From: Verrucomicrobiota bacterium
Lineage (GTDB): Bacteria > Verrucomicrobiota > Verrucomicrobiia > Chthoniobacterales > Chthoniobacteraceae
Reading direction: 5' to 3'
Assembly: GCA_009885995.1 (NCBI GenBank)
Contig: VFJQ01000050.1
Location: 8,088-72,087, forward strand
Length of the DNA stretch: 64,000 nt
Below, one piece after another: positions 60,311 through 64,000 of this stretch. The position numbers and the translations under genes are program-made. Under the pieces are notes generated by a model. The model had not been told where the DNA came from and did not search any database. It saw nothing but the letters and a program-made list of their open reading frames with translations. How positions within the stretch are numbered: the stretch's first letter is position 1; every line of letters starts with the position of its first letter.

Positions 60311-62032
60311 ATGAATACGCTCACCCTTCGCAAATTCGCCCTGATCCTCGGCGTGGCATTCGCCAGCCACCTCGCAACTCCCGAAGCCCACGCGGGCAAC
60401 AGCGAAATCATCGCGATCGGAAACAAGCTTGGCACCACGCTTGTTGGCACCACATCTGAAAAGGTCGCCGCAGCGAGGGCTCGAATCCAAGCGGCCACCG
60501 ACACCGCACTCAGCACAGCGGTGCGGCAGGCCTATGTTGATACAGCCAACAGCAAGCTCAGTCCCGCCGTCATCGCCGGCGAAGCGCTGAAGGGGGCGGT
60601 CACTGCCACCAATATCGGCACTCAGTTGGCGACCGATCTCCTCCTCGACCTCGCCAATCCAACGCTTGCCACTGTGGGTCTTTACCCGAAAATCACCGCA
60701 AACGTGCAGAAATTTGTCGGCACCTCGTCGAAAACCGCCGCCACCAGCACCGGGGCCAATCCAGCGCAGATCCCGACCTATGCCGCGGGTTTCATCGCAC
60801 GGGCTGGCATTGATGTGATTAATCGAAACGCGGAAGCGATCGCGATCGCGAGTTTCGCCTCCGGTTCCCCGACTGCGATCGGTGCCATTATCGGCGGCCG
60901 CACGCTGAATGGAGACGCAGAGGTGACTGGCGACGTTAAGCTGGTCGGCTTGGCCAACCAAGCAATCAACTCCAAAAAGCTCACCAGTTCAGCCCAGCAG
61001 ATTGCTCAATATGTCGGTGACGCGGCTACACTCGCTCCGCAGTTCACAGTGGCTCTTCTCATCTCAACGAACTCAGCGAACTCCGCCAACACCAGATTCA
61101 CGACGAAGATCGCCACTGGCGTCACCACCTCCAACCCCACGGTCGCCTCCGAGATTCTCAGCGCCATGTTCCAGAATGACAACACGTCAGGCACTGTGTT
61201 CCTCGCCACCGTCAAGAACGTATCCACGCTTGCAAAGAACCTCGGCCTCGTCTCCGATGCCGAAGAGGTCAGTCAAGTCGCCGCAGAGTTCGGCGCTCGC
61301 GTCGGTATGTTGAACCCCTCGACCGGAAAAGTGGTCGGCATCGCCCAGTCCAAGATCAACACCATCGCCAAGGGCCTTGTCGCCGGCCTCGCCACGCGCG
61401 CTACCGGCACCGGCATCGACAATCTTCTGCGAAACTCCCGCACCAACCGCATCGACGAAATCGGCGAAGTGGGGGCCTACCTGTTCAACGCCATCAAAGC
61501 GCTTCCCGTCTTCGCGAACACCTCCACCAAGTCCAGCATCAAGCAGGCACCATCAATCATCACCGGGTTGATCAAGACCATCATCAGCGCCTCGTTGAAG
61601 GTCCACCGCGACATCGCGTCCGTCCCCCCGACCAGCGCCAAGGCGACCACCACGAAGGACGGCCTCTTTCAGGCAACCGTGGCCGACGACGTGGCGGGCA
61701 GCGTCGCCCAGACCATCCGCGTCCTCGGACCCACCGCATTCGGTGCCGCTGGCCCCGGTCTTGTGAGCATCTACGACGCGATCCTCGCTGCGCTCACCAA
61801 ACCCACGGCCGGAACGTCAATCGCGGGCAAGAGCAAGACCACCTACGATATCGATCAGAGCGGCCCTCTTCCGGCGATGACGATTTCTCAACTCGTGCAG
61901 ACTGCGTTGGCAAGCGGCCTCAATGACACCAACAACGCCTCGATCATCTACGAGGACGGCACGCAGCCCCTCCTCGCGCAAGGCCCGGTCGGCCTGATCA
62001 CCGAACCGGAGACGGACATCCGCAGCCGCTAA
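60311..62032 (+). CDS. Secreted orphan protein (573 aa), Ala/Thr/Ser/Gly/Ile-rich and Cys- and Trp-free; possibly distantly related to the 1331-aa protein
   Basis: ATG at 60311 gives the signal peptide MNTLTLRKFALILGVAFASHLATPEAHA. It follows Wzy_C-TPR paralogue B by 99 nt on the same strand and ends at a strong terminator. Confidence 0.8.
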   Translation: MNTLTLRKFALILGVAFASHLATPEAHAGNSEIIAIGNKLGTTLVGTTSEKVAAARARIQAATDTALSTAVRQAYVDTANSKLSPAVIAGEALKGAVTATNIGTQLATDLLLDLANPTLATVGLYPKITANVQKFVGTSSKTAATSTGANPAQIPTYAAGFIARAGIDVINRNAEAIAIASFASGSPTAIGAIIGGRTLNGDAEVTGDVKLVGLANQAINSKKLTSSAQQIAQYVGDAATLAPQFTVALLISTNSANSANTRFTTKIATGVTTSNPTVASEILSAMFQNDNTSGTVFLATVKNVSTLAKNLGLVSDAEEVSQVAAEFGARVGMLNPSTGKVVGIAQSKINTIAKGLVAGLATRATGTGIDNLLRNSRTNRIDEIGEVGAYLFNAIKALPVFANTSTKSSIKQAPSIITGLIKTIISASLKVHRDIASVPPTSAKATTTKDGLFQATVADDVAGSVAQTIRVLGPTAFGAAGPGLVSIYDAILAALTKPTAGTSIAGKSKTTYDIDQSGPLPAMTISQLVQTALASGLNDTNNASIIYEDGTQPLLAQGPVGLITEPETDIRSR

Positions 62033-62063
62033 GGCTCAGTCCTCAGCCAGTCCAAATTCAAAG

Positions 62064-62095
62064 AGAGCCAGACTTCGGTCTGGCTCTTTTTTTTT
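62064..62095 (+). terminator. Rho-independent terminator after the 573-aa gene
   Basis: AGAGCCAGAC (62064-62073), loop TTCG, GTCTGGCTCT (62078-62087), then a T run to 62095. It lies between convergent genes. Confidence 0.88.
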
Positions 62096-62100
62096 GAGGG

Positions 62101-62763
62101 CTACGCCGCCCCGAATCGCCGGCGGAACTCCGCCCGGTAGCTGCCCATCAGGTCGATGATCGCGTCGCGGATTTGGAAGAGCCGCTGGTGCAGCGTTGCG
62201 TAGCGGTCTTCCTCCAGTTCGACTTCGCCGCGGAGCTGCAACGCCGCATCCATCGCCACGCTGATCGCCTTCAGCGCCCGCTTGAGATACGCGATCGTCA
62301 TCCCGATTTCGTCGATATCGTCGTCGCTCAGGGCCGCCGCCAGCTTCGCGCTGCAAATCGCCGTCTGCGTCGAGAGCTTCACCGCCGCGGGATGATTCTG
62401 CAGCTCCTCGCGCTGATCGAAAAGCTGGTCGAGCCACACCGTCAGCGCAAACGCCGCCTGGTAGAGCGGATGCACTTCGTAATCCTCCTCCGCTTCCGAC
62501 TCCTCCTCATCATCCTCATCGTCGAGCAATTCTTCCATCTCCTCGTCGAACATGTCCTCGACTTCCTCCGCCCAGCGATCGCCATCGTCCTCCAGCAGAT
62601 GCGTCCAGCCCATCTCACGCGCGATGATTCGATCGCGATCCGGATGATCGATGTATTTCTCGAGCAGCTCCATGTAGCGCTCAGTCTTGCGGTCTTGCTG
62701 CTGGAGAAAACGCTCCCAGTCGTATTCGTCCCAAATCTTTTCTGGCTGCGAATCGTCGGCCAT
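62101..62763 (-). CDS. Acidic hypothetical protein (220 aa)
   Basis: ATG at 62763 (MADDSQPEKIWDEYDWERFLQQQDRKTERYMELLEKY). There is a central acidic run, EELLDDEDDEEESEAEEDYE, and a helical C-terminal half. I recognise no family. Confidence 0.65.
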   Translation of the reverse strand: MADDSQPEKIWDEYDWERFLQQQDRKTERYMELLEKYIDHPDRDRIIAREMGWTHLLEDDGDRWAEEVEDMFDEEMEELLDDEDDEEESEAEEDYEVHPLYQAAFALTVWLDQLFDQREELQNHPAAVKLSTQTAICSAKLAAALSDDDIDEIGMTIAYLKRALKAISVAMDAALQLRGEVELEEDRYATLHQRLFQIRDAIIDLMGSYRAEFRRRFGAA

Positions 62764-62804
62764 ATTCCGGCTCTAGCTCTGCCCCCGCCGCTTTGCAAAG
62801 CGGT

Positions 62805-63491
62805 TTATTCCGCCGCGTCGATTTCGAGATACGTCGGCGTCTGATCCCCGCCGCGCTTGGGCGTCGCCGACTCGATTCGCATCTGCTTGAGAATCCAAAG
62901 TCCGTCCTTTGTTTTCTGCCCGCTCACCACGCGAAAGAGCCGCGCGAGTTTCCCATCGCGGCCGAACGCCTCGCACTTCAGCAACGCCCCGCTCTCCTTC
63001 GCCACCCACACCCGCACGCGCGAGTAGGTGCTCGCGCTCGCGCCCGGCGCCACCACGAGTTGCCAGCATTTCGTGAGCATGATCGTCTGCTCGCCCTCCA
63101 CGGTCGCATTCGGCCAGTAGAGAAAGCGGAGCGCGAGATCCTCGTAGGTGATGTCGCTCCCGCGCACCGCATCATCGAAGCGCGCAGCCGCGAGCTTTCC
63201 CTTCCCATCCGGCGTGATCTCCTCGAGCGACGACGCGTTCTCGCCGAGCCGCAGCACGAGCGTCTGCGGCGGATCGGAGAACTCCCAGCGCACCGCGCCA
63301 TCGCGCATCGTGAGCTTGAACGGAATCTTCTGCGCCCCCGTGCGAAGCCGCCCGCTCAGCGCGCGATCCTGCGCCGTCTCCGCGACGCGCACGGTCCGCA
63401 AAATCTCGCGCGCATCCGGCGCATCCTCCGCGCGCGCGGCAAAGGCGAGGAGGAGAATCAGGGCGCATCGCGGCTGGACAATCGTGAGCAT
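62805..63491 (-). CDS. Outer-membrane lipoprotein-sorting (LolA-like fold) family protein
   Basis: ATG at 63491 gives the signal peptide MLTIVQPRCALILLLAFAARA. AREILRTV...RLRTGAQKIPFKLTMRDGAVRWEF...GSDITYEDLALRFLYWPN...VWVAKESGALLKCEAF matches my memory of the family pattern. Confidence 0.7.
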   Translation of the reverse strand: MLTIVQPRCALILLLAFAARAEDAPDAREILRTVRVAETAQDRALSGRLRTGAQKIPFKLTMRDGAVRWEFSDPPQTLVLRLGENASSLEEITPDGKGKLAAARFDDAVRGSDITYEDLALRFLYWPNATVEGEQTIMLTKCWQLVVAPGASASTYSRVRVWVAKESGALLKCEAFGRDGKLARLFRVVSGQKTKDGLWILKQMRIESATPKRGGDQTPTYLEIDAAE

Positions 63492-63527
63492 GGTCGGGAA
63501 AGGTGCGCCCACTTTCCCGCAATCCGG

Positions 63528-64000
63528 ATGGACGAAAAGCTCCTTCTGCTCATCAACCGCGACTGGACCAGCCCCACGCTCGACCGCGTGATGGCTGGCG
63601 CGTCCAGCTTCGACGCATGGGCGCCGCTCATCATCATCCTCGTCCTCATCCTCATCATCCGTGGCGGTTTTAAGATGCGCGCCTTCGTCATCACCGCCGC
63701 GCTACTCGTCGGCGTGAACGACGGCCTGATCTCGAAATCGCTCAAGCGCCTCATCGACCGCCCGCGCCCGCACCAGACGCACAACGACGTGCGCATCGTC
63801 GATCTCGCCAAGGCGAAGCCGCGCCTGCTCGCGCTTTTCCTGCCTGTGAAAGTGAAACTCTCGCGCAGCTCGCTCGAAGACGTGGAAGGCCGCTCGTTCC
63901 CATCTTCGCACACGATGAATACGCTCGCCGTCGCGCTCGCCGGGGCGGCGTTCTTCGGCTGGCGCGCGTGGCTGCTGTTCGCCATCGCTGCGCTCGTCGC
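63528..64000 (+). CDS. PAP2-family membrane phosphatase; 5' part only, as the 3' end lies outside the window. This ORF is not in the supplied track.
   Basis: My own translation from ATG 63528 is MDEKLLLLINRDWTSPTLDRVMAGASSFDAWAPLIIILVLILIIRGG...SLKRLIDRPRPHQ...GRSFPSSHTMNTLAVALAGAAFFGW, open to the window end. PAP2 motif C1 is KxxxxxxRP (KRLIDRPRP) and C2 is PSxH (PSSH). Confidence 0.75.
   Translation, partial: MDEKLLLLINRDWTSPTLDRVMAGASSFDAWAPLIIILVLILIIRGGFKMRAFVITAALLVGVNDGLISKSLKRLIDRPRPHQTHNDVRIVDLAKAKPRLLALFLPVKVKLSRSSLEDVEGRSFPSSHTMNTLAVALAGAAFFGWRAWLLFAIAALV

Overview
This is a high-GC bacterial chromosomal segment that is densely coded on both strands. I support about 41 protein-coding genes, two of them truncated by the window edges. 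I recognised no rRNA, tRNA, CRISPR array, transposase or integrase. The gene content points to Verrucomicrobiota/PVC, Opitutales-like, but this is inference only. That content includes a 3,809-aa PEP-CTERM protein full of autotransporter-associated beta-strand (PATR) repeats, a DUF1080 protein, a Ser/Thr kinase-PEGA-FGE fusion, a Gly-rich FG-GAP protein with an 'LEARIAPA' N-terminus, and Wzy_C-TPR proteins.

All functional calls come from motifs I can read in the supplied translations. No database search was run. In this GC range most long ORFs in the track are antisense shadow ORFs, and many listed ORFs are over-extended at the 5' end. I re-set starts to internal ATGs that I verified in the nucleotide sequence.

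Layout of the window:
- 1-3349: orphan CheR/CheB module ending in a REC-PP2C regulator.
- 3.3-21.8 kb: housekeeping and envelope genes (pal, a cNMP/4Fe-4S protein, cysteine desulfurase, tolB, proS, trxA, an HK/LuxR pair, mazG).
- 22.0-33.5 kb: the giant PATR protein.
- 33.5-37.1 kb: cbiX-DR2241-amidohydrolase-DD-carboxypeptidase operon.
- 37.2-41.6 kb: Gly-rich repeat protein.
- 41.7-47.6 kb: esterase, L,D-transpeptidase, STK-FGE and uvrC.
- 47.6-62.1 kb: envelope-glycosylation-type island.

The island at 47.6-62.1 kb is the most interesting candidate for an undescribed system. A Wzy_C(O-antigen-ligase-like)-TPR membrane protein is paired twice with a large orphan secreted Ala/Thr-rich protein (1331 aa and 573 aa). 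These pairs sit next to a GT-C glycosyltransferase, a GT2-methyltransferase fusion and a polytopic EEP phosphoesterase. Part of the island has clearly lower GC than its surroundings.
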